Shown here piece after piece: positions 11,442 through 24,300 of a DNA stretch of 64,000 nucleotides. The notes under the pieces were generated by a model. The model had not been told where the DNA came from. It made no database searches and was given only the letters and a program-made list of their open reading frames with translations. Position 1 is the first letter of the stretch. Each line of letters starts with the position of its first letter. The position numbers were made by a program, and so were the translations under genes. Location of the stretch: the NCBI GenBank assembly GCA_013265495.1, contig MU058781.1, positions 5,023,050 through 5,087,049 on the forward strand, given 5' to 3'. This stretch comes from Vicugna vicugna. Lineage: Eukaryota.

Positions 11442-14400
11442 GTAAAGCCCTGCCTAGCCTGGCCGTACAGGGGACCCTGATCACCAAGTTAACTGAAGGG
11501 GAAATCCATGTTTCCAGGGCTCAGAAAGCAGGAAAGGATGCTCAGAGGGGAGAGGGGGCGAGAGAAACGCAACCCGGGCGCAGAAGTGCCGGTGCCTGCG
11601 CCTCCCCTCCCGTTGGTGGATTCGCATCCCTCCCTGGAAGATGCTGCCATCACCCGGTGCCACCAGCTGCGTGCTCTCTCGAGCTGGGATGTTCTAGAAG
11701 GGTAGGGAGGGAATGCCCCTTCATTACCCTCTTCCATCCCCGTGTCCCGGGCGCCAGGTGAGGCGCAGAGTACTGGGGAGGGAGCAGCGTTTTCTCAGGT
11801 TAGGTCAGGGCCACACTTTACCTTGGAACAGGCCAGCAGCGGAACCAGCAGTGGACGGCCTGGGCTGTACCTCTTCCTGATGGACACGTTAGTGTCTCAC
11901 GGCCAGGACTGCTGAGCCGCTGCAGGTGGGGGTGAGACAGGGTGCAGGTGCAACAGGACACTTACTCCCCCAGTGCATTTCTGTTCTGCACCCTTGGGAT
12001 CAGCAGAGTCCACACACCCTCTGCTCCCCCTGCCCCCCACTTCAGGATCAGATACAGAGCGCAGATCCTGTCGGACAGCGCTTTCTGTCCTTGGCTGTGA
12101 CTTCCTGGGACCCAGGACAGAGACAGCAGGGAGAGAGGAGGTGCCTGGCGCTCCGCTGTGGGGCTCTCCCAGGACAGGTGGCATTTCCTTGACCCCTCTA
12201 CTCCCTGTTCTCACTCGGTGTCAAAGTCGGTGAGCCACGAGGATCACAGACGAGGACTTGCTCCTCATTGGGAATCTTGTAACGTGCAATTAAGTTTTTC
12301 CCTAGAATAGACCGAAGATTGTTATCTTGAAAGATTGATTCGGGTGAGGTGAGGGTGGACCTGAGGTTCCTTGACCGGCAGTGTTGTCGAGTGACTGAAA
12401 GATGGTCATTGTGGTGTCAGGGTTGGAGTTTCTCTTTTGTTGAACCGTTCTTTCCCCCTGGTCTTGCTCGTTCTTGATAATGTTAGAAATGGTTCTCTCT
12501 GACTCTGTGACTGTATTCATGTATGTACACAGGATTGTGTGTGTACACACGTGTGTTATTAGTCTTAACCTTTAGCTTTCAGACACCACTCAGCTCTCAG
12601 TTGGGGAAGACGAGGCACGAACCCTCATGGGTCTGTTTCTGTGGTCCTCAGATCACCGCTGCATGCTTTGCACTGTTATCTTGAGATTGAACAACTGGTT
12701 TTGCATATTTTGCTCACCGTTCCCCAGAGTTCACAGTTTTCCTCATGGGAACACCCAAGCGTGTTTGTGGAATTGGCCTCCCCTATGCCAGGAGCCCAGT
12801 TTTCAGGACCAAGAGGCATAAAGCACAGGGCACACCATCCCTTTGGTGTCTTGTCTACTCAGGTTCCAAAGCTGTTGGCCGGACAGGGATTTGTCCCTCC
12901 AGAACTTGCCTCCCAATGTTTCCTTATGAAAGAGAGCAATTCAAAGCCTAAAAATTTCAGAGGGGAGGCATTTGTGGGCCAGGAATCTCACTAAGGGATG
13001 AATGTGTGACTTCTCACATAGAACCATAGTCACACGCACACACATACTCTTCTCTTTCATGTTTGAGGCTGGAGTGATCCATGCTCATCCTCAGCCCCCA
13101 GGGCTTATCCGTCAGTTCAGGATCTCCCTTTGTGACTGAACAAGGGGAGTTCCCATAGTTGGAGGGAAGAGTGGAGGGGAGCAGAAGGCACCCCCTGCTC
13201 CACAGTGTGCATGTGTGGCCCGTTTCATGCGCAGTCCTGGAGGCAGAGGAGCGACCTGGGCACCCTTGGGGTGCAGACCCCCATTGTCCGAGCAACTGCG
13301 GGAGTCCTGCTGGCTTTCCAGGCTCGGCTCTTGGAGGCAGGGTGTAACTACTTCCTCCGCTCTCCACCCACCTCCTCCCCTCTCCTGCCCGCCCCACCTT
13401 CCCCCATCAGGTCCTTGGGATGGGGTAACCTGGGCTCCCAGCTGGGCTCTGACCACGACCTTCGCTGAGAGTTCAGCTGTGACATGTAACCTTCCTGGGC
13501 TGTATTGTGCATTTGGAGCCAGTGATGCCAGTTCCTCTCCCAGGGATATTGCGAGAAATGAAAGGATAATTTTGATGCCATCAAATCCCATTAGTTAAGT
13601 ACGCTGAAAAAAAAAAGGTCAATAAAAGCCAATTGTCGATTCCTTTGTAACAGCCTGATGCCAGTGATTAGAATCTGACCTTTCATCTTTTCAACTGCAT
13701 AAAAGACGGGGGCCCAGAGAATACTTGGATCTGTAATTTTGATTATTTTTTTTCATTCAGCCTAAAAGGAAAAAAACAGTGCGATAGTACAGGGCCGGGC
13801 TGGGTGAAGGGAGCAGTGTTTAGAGGGAGCTGCCGAGAAGTGACTTTGCCCTTCTTCCCTGATGCACCCAGGCGCAGAGAACACTTTCTGCTAGGATAGC
13901 TCCTCTTCCCCCGTTGCCTTGCACAGTGCTGTGTGGTAGTTTTTTGTTTTTTAAAAAGCCCTGGACTTGAGCATGTGAACTCAGTGTGAGGGGCCTGGCC
14001 AGCCCTCCAGCTCTGATTATACCAGAGGCGCTGTGACTGCCACATAACATGCACGGGTGTGTGGCTGCCCCAGATGGTGATTTGGATGTGTGGTGGGTGT
14101 CCGACAAAGGAGTGTTTCCTGCCAATGATACTTACATTATATGCAGTAAAAGGCAGAACAAATTTAGGATGGGGAAACTCTCCTTGCACCTGGAGAAGGT
14201 TTGGAAATGTTAGTTTTCTAAGCATGTCGTGAGGTGTTTGCAAAGAAGTTTGTGTGTTCGGTAAGTCAGGATGTGGATGGCTAGGCTGCACCGAACGGGG
14301 TCACCTGCCTGTTCTCACCTGTGCGCCAAGGCCGAGCTGTAAGGTGAAGAAACGCGTGGAGCGTGGGCAGCCGGCCAGGCCATCTGCCGGGCTGCTTGGG

Positions 14401-16619
14401 TTTCACGGTCAGATGTACGGGGCTCACAGAACATCTTGGCTGAGTAAGGCTGAGAGGAGAGGGTTTAGCTGTTCAGAACTGCTAGTGTTCTTTTAACATT
14501 CTGGAAAATGGAAAAATGAGCATCTAGAGAGAAAAATGTGAGAAACTCTCCTTAGCTCGAAGAATGTTTAAGGTCTTACTTGCTGCTCATCAGGTCACCC
14601 GGAGAGTTTGAATTGGTGCTCTTTGTGACCAGGGTACAAGGCCTACAGAGGGAGCAGGCTTTGTAGAAAGATTCAGGGTCCCTCAGGACCCAGGTGTTTT
14701 TGGAGAGTGGGGCTGCCTGTCAGCCAGCCGTGTCCCTCTGCTCACTACTGTCTTTAACCTTTCTCCAGCCCAGGGCCCTGCCTTCCCTGTCCATAACTCA
14801 CTGCCTGTCCAGTGGATTCTGTTCATTTAGGCTTTCTTGCTTTTTAACTTGAGTTTTAAAGTCTAAATGCACTGTCTCCAACCAACCATGTTTCTCCTAG
14901 GCAGAGCCAGCTGACTCACTGGCTCCCTCTAGTGAGAAATGAAAGCCTGACAATTTCTGGTTGGAGTGAGGACAGCTTCTGAGACCCCACGGCTGTGTGC
15001 CTGTGGTAACCTGAGCTACAAGTGGTCAAGACACCACACGTCCTGCAGAGCTGAGTGACATTTGTGGGGGAGTGGGGTTCAAAGTCAGAAATCCATATTA
15101 AGCCGAGAAGGAGCAACTTGACGAGATGTGGGGGGCTCTGCCATGAGCCTCCTTTGTGTTAATTCTCCAGTGAGTTAAAATGCCCTGTCTCTTCTGTGCT
15201 CAGTGCATGCGCTTCTTCAGGATGCAAAGCAGTGAGACGGGCCCCAGTGGTTACCTGGCCGTGGGTCAAGGTGAAACTTAAGTGTTTGGTTCTGTCCTGT
15301 GAGGTGGTGGTTGGGAGGAGATGCTCAGTGGGAAGGTGAGACAGTGCCTTCCTCCACTGCTTTGCTGTCTTTGGTACCAATTACACATTGGATCCCCAGA
15401 GATGAGCGCAGGCCAAGGAACAGGCATCTGTGTTTACAGAGATGTGTAAACAAGGTGTTGCTTTTAGTTAAATCAGATTCTACTGTGGGAAAATTTCCCT
15501 CCCAGCAGGCTGGGAGGTCAGGTGCCCCGGAGAAGCCAGAATGCACGGACCCAGGGGCCCTGCACTCTTCTTTGAGGTAGAATCTGGGACATGTGGACGT
15601 CCGGCTCCCAGTCTCCCACAGGTCGACCACAGTGTGGGGGAGGGCAGGGCCGAAACGTTCGGGAACATGAAGCTGTTGGGGAATGTACAAACACTGCTCC
15701 CCTTTCTCCACCTTCACTGATTAGATCAGAATCTGGATTGAGGGGGTGGTCAGACTGGAATCAGCATTATTTTCAAGCTCCCCAGGGCTTCATAGGGCTT
15801 CCAGGTTTGAGAAGCTCGAAAGTCGAGCCTCAGCAGGATATGCAGCTGATGGTGCGCTTTGCTGGCAGAACATGGTGGCGTCCGGCACTGCACGCTGGTT
15901 GTCGTTTTCGCAGGCGGTTTCTCCTCTTCAAGGAGAGATTAATGGTGCCGTGTAGTCCGCTCACGTGCGAGCTGGGTGAGGAGTCTGAACAGGTTTACTC
16001 TCAATGGTTAACCGCAGATTGAGGGCCTCAAGGGGTGTCTTCTCTGAAGGTGCGGATCCCGGAGCATCTGGCTGATGGAAACCTCCCTCTGTGAGCCTCA
16101 GCAGGATTTTACTGTTTGCTTTAGTTCTTTTAAATGGTTTGTTTTGTTTTTAGTCAATGGAATTGTTTGAAAGAACAGTTAAAAATTAGAGATATTTGCA
16201 TTCCTCACCATGCGTCCTGTTCCAAATTAGTGATAGTTACCATGGAAATTTTGTCTTTGCCCCTACCCCTGGTTTTATAAATTTGTTTTTAATTTATTTC
16301 TGCCAGGCTGCTAGTTTTGTTTCGTTATTTCCTGTTCTATGTTCCAGACCCTCTTCCCACCTGACCTGTCAGTGCTGCCGCCTTCTTGGGTGGGTGGCCT
16401 GCAGCGGTGCATCCGGGCTGTTACCCCCGGGTCTTCCCTTCGGCCTCTCCCTCCACTAGGGCTTGGGGCCTCACTGAGTCTAGAATTCAGGGTTGGCTCA
16501 TGGAACACGATCTCAGCCAAGAATTGATGGCTTTGATTGGACCGAGTATAATTGGCACAGGAGGACATACAGATTTTGGGTGCTTCTTTCCTTTTTCTGT
16601 TTTCAGAACCTTCTGATAC

Positions 16620-16745
16620 TTTGCAGCAAAGTAAGTCCTCAGATAAGGCTCAGTATCTGGGACCTCATTAGAAATGCAGATTCTTGGGCTCCCTCCCGCT
16701 CGGACCTACCAGGTGGGAGGCTCTGGGGGCGGGGCTCGGGCCTGT
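16620..16745. mobile_element. MER5-like hAT MITE fragment
   Basis: ctgggacctcattagaaatgcagattcttgggctccc core. Confidence 0.6.
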
Positions 16746-18008
16746 CTTCCAGAACCCTGCCCTGGTGGCGGGGCGTCTGCACAGCCCGTGGGTGCGCTGG
16801 GTGTGGAGTGGAGCCAAACTGCTGTAGGCGCAGTTGGACGGTCCACTCCCTGACTCCTCTTCTGGTCACCTTCTCCTCGAGGCTTATTGGTGAGAGCTGT
16901 TTTTTCTGCTCTGTTTCCCAGTGATGGCGTTATTTTTAGTCTGCCCCTCTGGGAGGTGGTGGTGCTTAGGGAACCCTGGCGCCCTGGTTTTGATCTCATC
17001 TTGCCAGTGAGGAATCATTGCCCAAGATGGGCACGTCCAAGGCCTCTGAGAGGCAGAGTTGTGACCTGGTGTCCACCCAAAGTCAGCCCAGCCGTGGCTC
17101 CCACTGTGGGCCTGGCATCATTCTTTGGAAATTACTGCTTTTCTGGTGTCCACCTTTGTCACTCTCTGGCTCCTTTTTATAAATGAGGGTGACTTCTGTG
17201 TGTCACAAAATTAGTTTGGTGTCCAAGCTGAAGACAGTCATGAAGAGAAACTGATCGTTTATCAAATTCCTGTGGAACCGAACGTGGATGTTTGTAGAGG
17301 ACAGGAAATGGGAGCTGCCTGGACACAAGGGGTTGGGCCTGTTTTGCTTTGTCACGGAGGTGAGGTGTGTCCCGCGAGGCACCTGGGCTGCAGTCTAACA
17401 GGTGCCCACGACTGTCATCCACACCTCTGGGTCTGGCCTGTGACCAGCATCTGAGCCACGTGAGTGCTCTTGTTCCTTTCCTTCCATAGCGTTTTTATTT
17501 CATTCTCTATTTAGCACGTAGATTTTAAAATTCTGTGGGCAGATCATGCTGTTACGTCAGGTATTCAAAAAATAGCCACCGTGTCACTTGGAGCGGGGGG
17601 GGGTGTGTATGTGCACGTGCGTGCGGTGTGCATCCTCTTCTCCCAGATCGGCAGGACCTTGATACTGTGAATATTCTTAACCTGTGACAGAGGTTGGCAG
17701 GCATATGGAGGGTCCTCACTGGAAACATCTGGTTTCTAACGACAGATGTGAGTGGTAAACACACCCAGATACACATGGGGCAGCCCCCAGGCCTGGCTGT
17801 GTGTTTCTGTGCAGAACAACGGGTGCTTCCTCCTGCAGACTCTGAAACAGTGTTTCAGAGTGGACTTTGGGGCCGGGTGTTCTGCCTGCCTTGGCCGGGA
17901 CCCCTGTTGCCTCTTCTCAAAGGCAGGCACAGGCTGCTTAGTCACAGCGGGTGGGGTCACCTGCTGCCGTGCACTAATTCTGCCCCCCCCCCTTCTGCTG
18001 CCTCCCAG

Positions 18009-19071
18009 GTTTCTAAGGTCAATGGAGTCACTCGAATGTCATCTCTGGGTACAAGTGCAACCAGTGCCAAAAAGATGCGCGAAGTCAGACCTTCACCGTC
18101 CAAAACTGTGAAGTACACTGCAACGGTGACGAAGGGGACTGTCACATACACCAAAGCCAAGAGAGAACTGGTCAAGGAAACCAAACCCAATCACCACAAG
18201 CCCAGTTCAGCTGTCAACCACACAATCTCAGGGAAAACTGAAAGTAGCAATGCAAAAACCCGCAAACAGGTGCTATCCCTCGGGGGGGCGTCCAAGTCCA
18301 CCGGGCCCGCCGTCAATGGCCTCAAGGTCAGCGGCAGGTTGAACCCAAAGTCATGCACTAAGGAGGTGGGGGGGCGGCAGCTGAGGGAGGGGCTGCGGAA
18401 CTCCAAGCGGAGGCTGGAAGAGGCGCCCCCTGCCGACAAGCCGCAGTCGCCCCCCAAGAAGCTGAAGGGGGCGGCCGAGGGCCCCGGCAGGAAGGCGGCC
18501 CCGCCTGCCCCGGCGCCCGCGCCCGCGCCCGCGCCCGCCCCCGAGGGGAGGGAGAGGGCGCCGCTCAGCGGCCACGTGAAGAGGGAGGTGCCCGAGCGGA
18601 GCCTGGAGAGGAACCGGCCGAAGCGGGCGGCGGCCGGCAAGGGCCCGCCGGGCAGACAAGCACACGGCAAGCCGGACGGCGCCCCCTGTGAAAATCGTTC
18701 TACCTCGCAATCGGAGCCCTTGCCCCGGCCGCACGAGGCGGCGGCCAAGGCTGAGAAGGGGGCCGGCAGGGCCGGGTGGGCGGCCATGGACGAGATCCCC
18801 GTCCTGCGGCCGTCAGCCAAGGAGTTCCACGACCCGCTCGTCTACATCGAGTCGGTGCGCCCTCAGGTGGAGAAGTACGGCATGTGCAGGGTGATCCCGC
18901 CCCCGGACTGGCGGCCCGAGTGCAAGCTCAACGACGAGATGCGCTTCGTCACGCAGATCCAGCACATCCACAAGCTGGGCCGGCGCTGGGGCCCCAACGT
19001 GCAGCGGCTGGCCTGCATCAAGAAGCACCTCAGATCTCAGGGCATCACCATGGACGAGCTCCCGCTCATCG
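18009..19071 (+). CDS. JARID2: JARID2 large exon (exon 7 equivalent): basic/low-complexity region and JmjN domain
   Basis: Acceptor cctcccag|GTT, donor G|GTAAGG at 19072; [12 protein letters not shown]...[39 protein letters not shown] (JmjN)...DELPLIG; 1063 nt, phase 0 to 1. Confidence 0.98.
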
Positions 19072-19260
19072 GTAAGGCCCCGCCGCCCGGCCTCCTTCCC
19101 CGCACCCAGGCCCGCATCCCGCCGTGTGCGCCCCGCCCCTCCCCCAAACGAGCTCCTGCTTCTCCGGCCGTTCTTGGCCCGGGAGGAGTCCCAGGCCGCC
19201 CTTCTCTGGGTCTCGGGGCTCCGGGCAGGAGGCAGGTGGGCCCTGTCCCTTTCCCCTGGA
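18280..19260. promoter_or_regulatory. Intragenic CpG-island-like segment over the 3' part of JARID2 exon 7
   Basis: Very high G+C and dense CpG by eye; obs/exp ratio not computed. Confidence 0.65.
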
Positions 19261-19334
19261 GCCACAGGGTCTCCTTACTGAGGCCAGAGCCGTGTCCAGA
19301 GAGTCGGGCAGGAACACTGTCCCATACATGCGGC

Positions 19335-19680
19335 TGCTGGGCCACCTTAACTAAGTACAGCGGCGGGGAGGCTTGACCTCCAGGAAGTTCCTTCTCACAG
19401 CCTGGAGGCTGGAGATCTGAGCAAGGTGTTGGCTGAATGGCTTTCTCCCGTGGCTCCTCCCCTTCGCTGGCGTCGGCCGCCTTCTCCTGTGTCCTCACAC
19501 GGTCTTTCCTCTGCGCGGGTATTCCTGCTATCCCTTCCTCCTTAGGCTAGGACCTACCCTGATGACCTCATTTGACCTTAATTACCTCTCAAAGACCCTG
19601 TCTCCAGTCACACTCTGAAGCACTGAGGTTAGAACTTCAACACAGGGCTCTTTTGGGTGGGGGGACATTTCAGCGCATTT
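19335..19680. mobile_element. MaLR (MLT1-type) solo LTR
   Basis: tctcacagcctggaggctggag..., ttctcctgtgtcctcacacgg, atgacctcatttgaccttaattacctc...aaagaccctgtctcca, gaggttagaacttcaaca. Confidence 0.8.
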
Positions 19681-21523
19681 CTCTCTTTCCTCATTTTCCC
19701 TTGGCTCCGGGAATGTGTGTCAGCTCCTGAGAGTGGGCTCAGCTCTGGCTGGTGCTGATGTAAAGCTCACCTCAGGGACTCCTTTTGTGCACGTACGCTG
19801 GGCGTTTGGAAGACCCTGGCCCCAGGCAGCCCTCCTGGAAGCCCGCTGCCCTCTTCCTCTCCTGGTTCTCACACCTTCTGGGTTGACTCGCTCTGGCCGA
19901 GATGAGCCAGTTCTGTGGAGTGGGGTTCCTTTTGGGTCAGCCGGTGAGGTCACGTGCTTCGTGTCCGGCTCTAGACCCGCGACAGGAACAGGGCCTGTCC
20001 TGCCTGCGGTTTGGAGAGCCTGACCTTTCAGAGGCAGGGAGCAAAGGAGACATTAATAGTCACTGAAGTGTCGAGCCTTGGTGGTGAGATGGGTTCCTTG
20101 TAAGATGGAGGTTTCTTTATTCCCCTCAGCAGATGAGAATTGCTTAAATTGAAAGAGTCTTGGTTTGTGGTCCACTGTCACGGGTGCGATCGATGGTGAC
20201 GCTGGGCTGTGGGAACCTACTGAGGGGTGAAAGCATCTCAGGAGCTTGGTGTTGGCTGTGTTGTGTGACTGTGGTGACCCCACAGAGCAGCCCCAAGTCG
20301 TGGCTGCAGTGGGACGTCCTGGGTCCCCCACCCTCTGGGGGCATGGTGGGTCTTCTGGGGAGAGTTGGGGTACTGTTATGAGGACGGCCAGCGATCTTCT
20401 GTTCTGAGTGGGTTTCCTTAACCTTGACTTCCGTGACACTGTTTTGTATGAGTGTTCACACCTTTTGCTGTCACCCAAGGTGTGAAGCATAATCAGCACC
20501 CAGAGAGAAGCTGAGCTGGTCTGTTACCCGCAGAGGCCTTGGGCGGTGGCTCTGAGCTCAGCCTCCTCGCAGTGCAAGCAAGGGACTTAGTAGTTTTGAA
20601 GGAATTTCCCAGAATCCGCAGAACGGGTGCTCGCCTGCATCTGTGGACACAGACGAGCACCCCAGCCCTGCCGGGAGCGGCACACTGTGTCGTGTGGCGT
20701 CCTTGTAGTGCTGTAAGTGAGTGTGTTGATGGTAGCAGATGAGGGGCGTGAAATAACGGATTTCCAAGTCCCAGGTCAGTTTCTCAGTGCTGTTGGATTA
20801 TAACGAACTTGGAGAAAAAAAGTAAAAGTACGGATTGCCTCATTTCTGGTCAACCTGTGGTCTAAGCCACTTGGCACAGTGGGGTGACTCACCTCCCTCT
20901 CCACCTGGGCAAGTCGGGCAGTGTGTGGGCTGCGCCAGGAGATGCCCGATTGAGAGCCAGGCCTGGAATGCATCTCGGAATCTCAGGCCTCCGATCCCGT
21001 GGCCTCCACTAACCAGCCAGCCCCAGAGTCCCTCCCAGCACAGTAGCTGCCTGTCCCCTGGCCTTGCTGGCCGGCAGGGTGGTCCCGCGGTGGTTGCTGC
21101 TCCCGGGAGTCCTGTTGCCTTTTCTTTTCACTTATTTATAGAAATCTGCCTCCAACTCTAAAGATCTAAAGCGTTCTTCATGTTTACTTTACTCATCCAG
21201 CATTTCTGTGGTATTTTTACCTCCTCACAGCTCGTGGATGGTTATTCTGGAAGATTTCCCCCCCTTTATTGGCCAAAGTGAGGCTGATTGTTCAGGTCCC
21301 ATTGAGAGAGTCACTCAGCGGACATTCAAACATACTGGAGTTTTGTTGTACTTTGTACGGTTTGATCGAGGGCTGGGGTGAAAACCAGCCCACACACCTT
21401 CTGAGATAAATGTCCCTCTGCCTGAGCGGCGATGGGAGGAGCTGAGGGACAGACAGACTGCCGCCTGCCCTCCCATGAGCACTGCTTGCTGCCCAAAAAT
21501 CCAGGGCTGGTGGAAATAAGTTA

Positions 21524-21543
21524 GTGTGTGTGTGTGTGTGTGT
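21524..21543. repeat. (GT)10 microsatellite followed by a G-rich tract
   Basis: Direct read; G-runs continue to ~21584. Confidence 0.95.
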
Positions 21544-22076
21544 TGGGGGGGGTGTGTGTTGGGGGTGTGGGGAGGGGGATTGGGCCTGACAGCACATCTG
21601 TTTGTTTCCTCTCTCACAGCTGTTCCAGGTGACACTGGGACGTGAATGTGGCCGGTTGGCCCTGCCCAGGCCCTGCTGCCCCCACCAGGGATGCCCTGTT
21701 CCTTGCACCATTCCCCCACCTCCCGCGGTGTGAGGGATGTCACTAGTGCCTGTGGCCTCTGCTCCTGGGGGTGCTGGACATGTCCTCCCCCCAGGTCTGC
21801 ACAGCCAGCTCTCTTTCCATTCAGGCCTCTGCGGGGGACACCCGCTAGGCCACCCACCTGAGAAGGGAGCCCCATTACTCCTCAGCCTGTCGGGCTCTTT
21901 ATCCACCCCAGCACCCAGGATGGGGCAGCCCTCTCTCCGCAGACAAAATAATTCTCTCTGCTGCTCTGACCCCAAGGCCCAGCGGCGTGCCTGGCACATG
22001 TTGGGCACCGGGCACCCGTGGACTCTCGATGACCAAAGCCCTTTTCACCCACTGTTTTCTCCCCTCGTCGTCCCAG

Positions 22077-22579
22077 GAGGCTGTGAGCTCGACCTGGCCT
22101 GCTTTTTCCGGCTGATCAACGAGATGGGCGGCATGCAGCAAGTGACTGACCTCAAAAAGTGGAACAAGCTAGCAGACATGCTGCGCATCCCCAAAACTGC
22201 CCAGGACCGGCTGGCCAAGCTCCAGGAGGCCTACTGCCAGTACCTGCTCTCCTACGACTCCCTGTCCCCTGAGGAGCACCGGCGCCTGGAGAAGGAGGTG
22301 CTGATGGAGAAGGAGAGCCTGGAGAGGCGCAAGGGGCCCCTGGAGGGCCACACGGAGCAGGACTACAACCGCTTCCACCCCCTGCCCCGCTTCGAGCCCA
22401 AGAACGGGCTCATCAACGGCGTGGCCCACAGGAACGGCTTCCGCAGCAAGCTCAAGGAGGTGGGCCCGGCCCAGCTCAAGACAGGCCGGCGGCGGCTCTT
22501 TGCTCAGGAAAAGGAGGTGGTGAAGGAGGAGGAGGAGGACAAAGGCGTCCTCAGTGACTTCCACAAGTGTATATATAAG
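22077..22579 (+). CDS. JARID2: JARID2 exon 8 equivalent: ARID DNA-binding domain
   Basis: tcccag|GA acceptor, AAG|GTGGGG donor; [35 protein letters not shown]...[13 protein letters not shown]...DFHKCIYK; 503 nt, phase 1 to 0. Confidence 0.98.
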
Positions 22580-24244
22580 GTGGGGCCCCTGTGTGCGGGG
22601 TGGGCTGTGATGGGGTCCCGAAGCCCCCGGTCGGCTGTCTCGGGGAATGAGCCGTGTTTGCCGTTGTGGGCGTGTGGGTTGTCAGGACGGGGCCTCTGGG
22701 CACTGGTCTAGGGGGAGCGTCTCTTGCCCGCTCCAGCCTTGGGCTCCTTTTCCCTTAGATGAGCCCCATGTGTGCAGGGGCCCTTGTGCCGGGGACGCAG
22801 GCCCCCGCTGTGAGGCGCGGTGGGGGGCAGTCTGGGCTGGAGCTTCTCGGACGTGCATGGACCAGATCCTCTGCGGTTCCCGATTCACATTCCCTCCGTG
22901 CGGCCCCCCGCCCAGCTCTGCTGCCTCCCTCCAGCTGTCTAGTAGGGAACAGGCTTGGGGGAGGGGTCGAGGAGGTTTCCTGGCTTCTGCCCCGGGGAGA
23001 TCCCCTCCTCCAGGAAGCAGGGCAGCATCCTGGCGACTCCCTAGTTGGCAGCCTGGTTCTGCAGCAGAGTCTGGGCCAGCCCACCAGGGTGATGGGGCCC
23101 CGGGCTGGGAGGGGCACAGACTGGCCCCGGGTGATCCGTTCTGGAGGCACCAAGAAGGACGGGGGCCCTGCTGAGGCCTTGGCCTGGCAAGGGTGTGTGG
23201 ACGGACAGGAAGTCTGTGGCTGGGCTCGGAGTTCCGCCTCTTCTGTTTCGGAGTCCACCTTTGGAGGCCACATCTCTGGCTGCCCTCGCCTCACGACTCA
23301 TTCTCCTCTGGGTTTTTGTCTGCCCTCCTTTCTGGAGAGAGACACCTGCTTGCCTAGAACCGTCTGTTACCGGACCCAGAGAGGGTTGGGTCTCCTGTGC
23401 TGTGATCCCGTCGTCCCTGTTCTGTGCCACCCCACAGGGACCGCGCGGTGGCGAATGGCCACCTGCAGCCTCGGCCGTAGTTCACAGTTTTAATGTGTTA
23501 CGGAAAAGGAGAGGGCAGCTTTGGGCTGTAAACTCGGGAGCACTTTTGGAGTGTTTTTCCTGAATGTTTGCCTGAGAATCTCTTCTCAGTTGCAGTCAGT
23601 TGTTAAATCCTGACCCAATGGCCAGCTTGTGAAATTAGATGTCTTCTACTTTTGTTACTTTTTCTATAAGGAGGGCAATTCTGTGAGAATGAGGTGAATC
23701 TGAGTAAGATGGGTTTTTTTCTGGAAACATGCTCTGTAAACGGTAATTTCCGATCTCATAAGGAAAACCTGATGGGGCCTGGCTGTGTGGCGGCGGCTGG
23801 TGCCCGTGCTGGGTAGCAGCTGTGTGCTGAGGGCCGGAAGCTCCAGGCCTCCTGGTTCTGAGCCCCGGCAGCACCTGGGGCGTTGACTGTCGGGTGCTGG
23901 ATGTCATCTTGAATTACAGATACTCTGCTCTAGTTGTTGTAAGATCAGGCTCCTGCTAGTGGTCCTGGTTTTATTTTGTAAAGAACAGCTCAGGAAGAGA
24001 AGTTTGAAATTGTACAGAAATTTCTCTCTTAGTTAGAACCCCCCCCCCCTTAGAGCCGAAAAGCAAAAGCAAAGGGCAGAGTCCGCGCGGGCTGACAGCT
24101 GAGACTGTCCTTCCAAAGGCAAGAAGAACCTGCCCCTCCCTGCCCCCCTGCGGCTGGTTCACTGCACTTGGTGCGGCCTCACGGCGGACACATTCCTCGG
24201 GAAGCACCCCGAGGCCAGGGATGTTGTCTGTTTTGAGCATGGCT

Positions 24245-24300
24245 CCAGCCCCTAGAACTAGGCCTGGTACACCGTAGGTGCTCAATAAGTACTTCCACAT
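24245..24300 (+). mobile_element. LINE-2 3'-end fragment
   Basis: cctagaactaggcctggtacaccgtaggtgctcaataagta. Confidence 0.6.

Noticed and set aside
18264..18275. Internal donor AAACAG|GTGCTA in exon 7
   Set aside because: Weak +3 to +6 match and phase-incompatible with exon 8.
17694..19376. 560-aa ORF as a single-exon gene
   Set aside because: Only 18009-19071 is JARID2 exon 7; the flanks are open intronic sequence beyond clear splice sites.
18191..19498. Several long minus-strand ORFs
   Set aside because: Antisense shadows of a GC-rich exon with few stop codons.
21737..22711. 324-aa ORF
   Set aside because: Exon 8 (22077-22579) plus intronic read-through.
22647..23563. Cluster of 120-244-aa overlapping ORFs
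   Set aside because: Expected by chance in GC-rich intron DNA; same for 33067-33808 and 36191-36961 outside the true exons.
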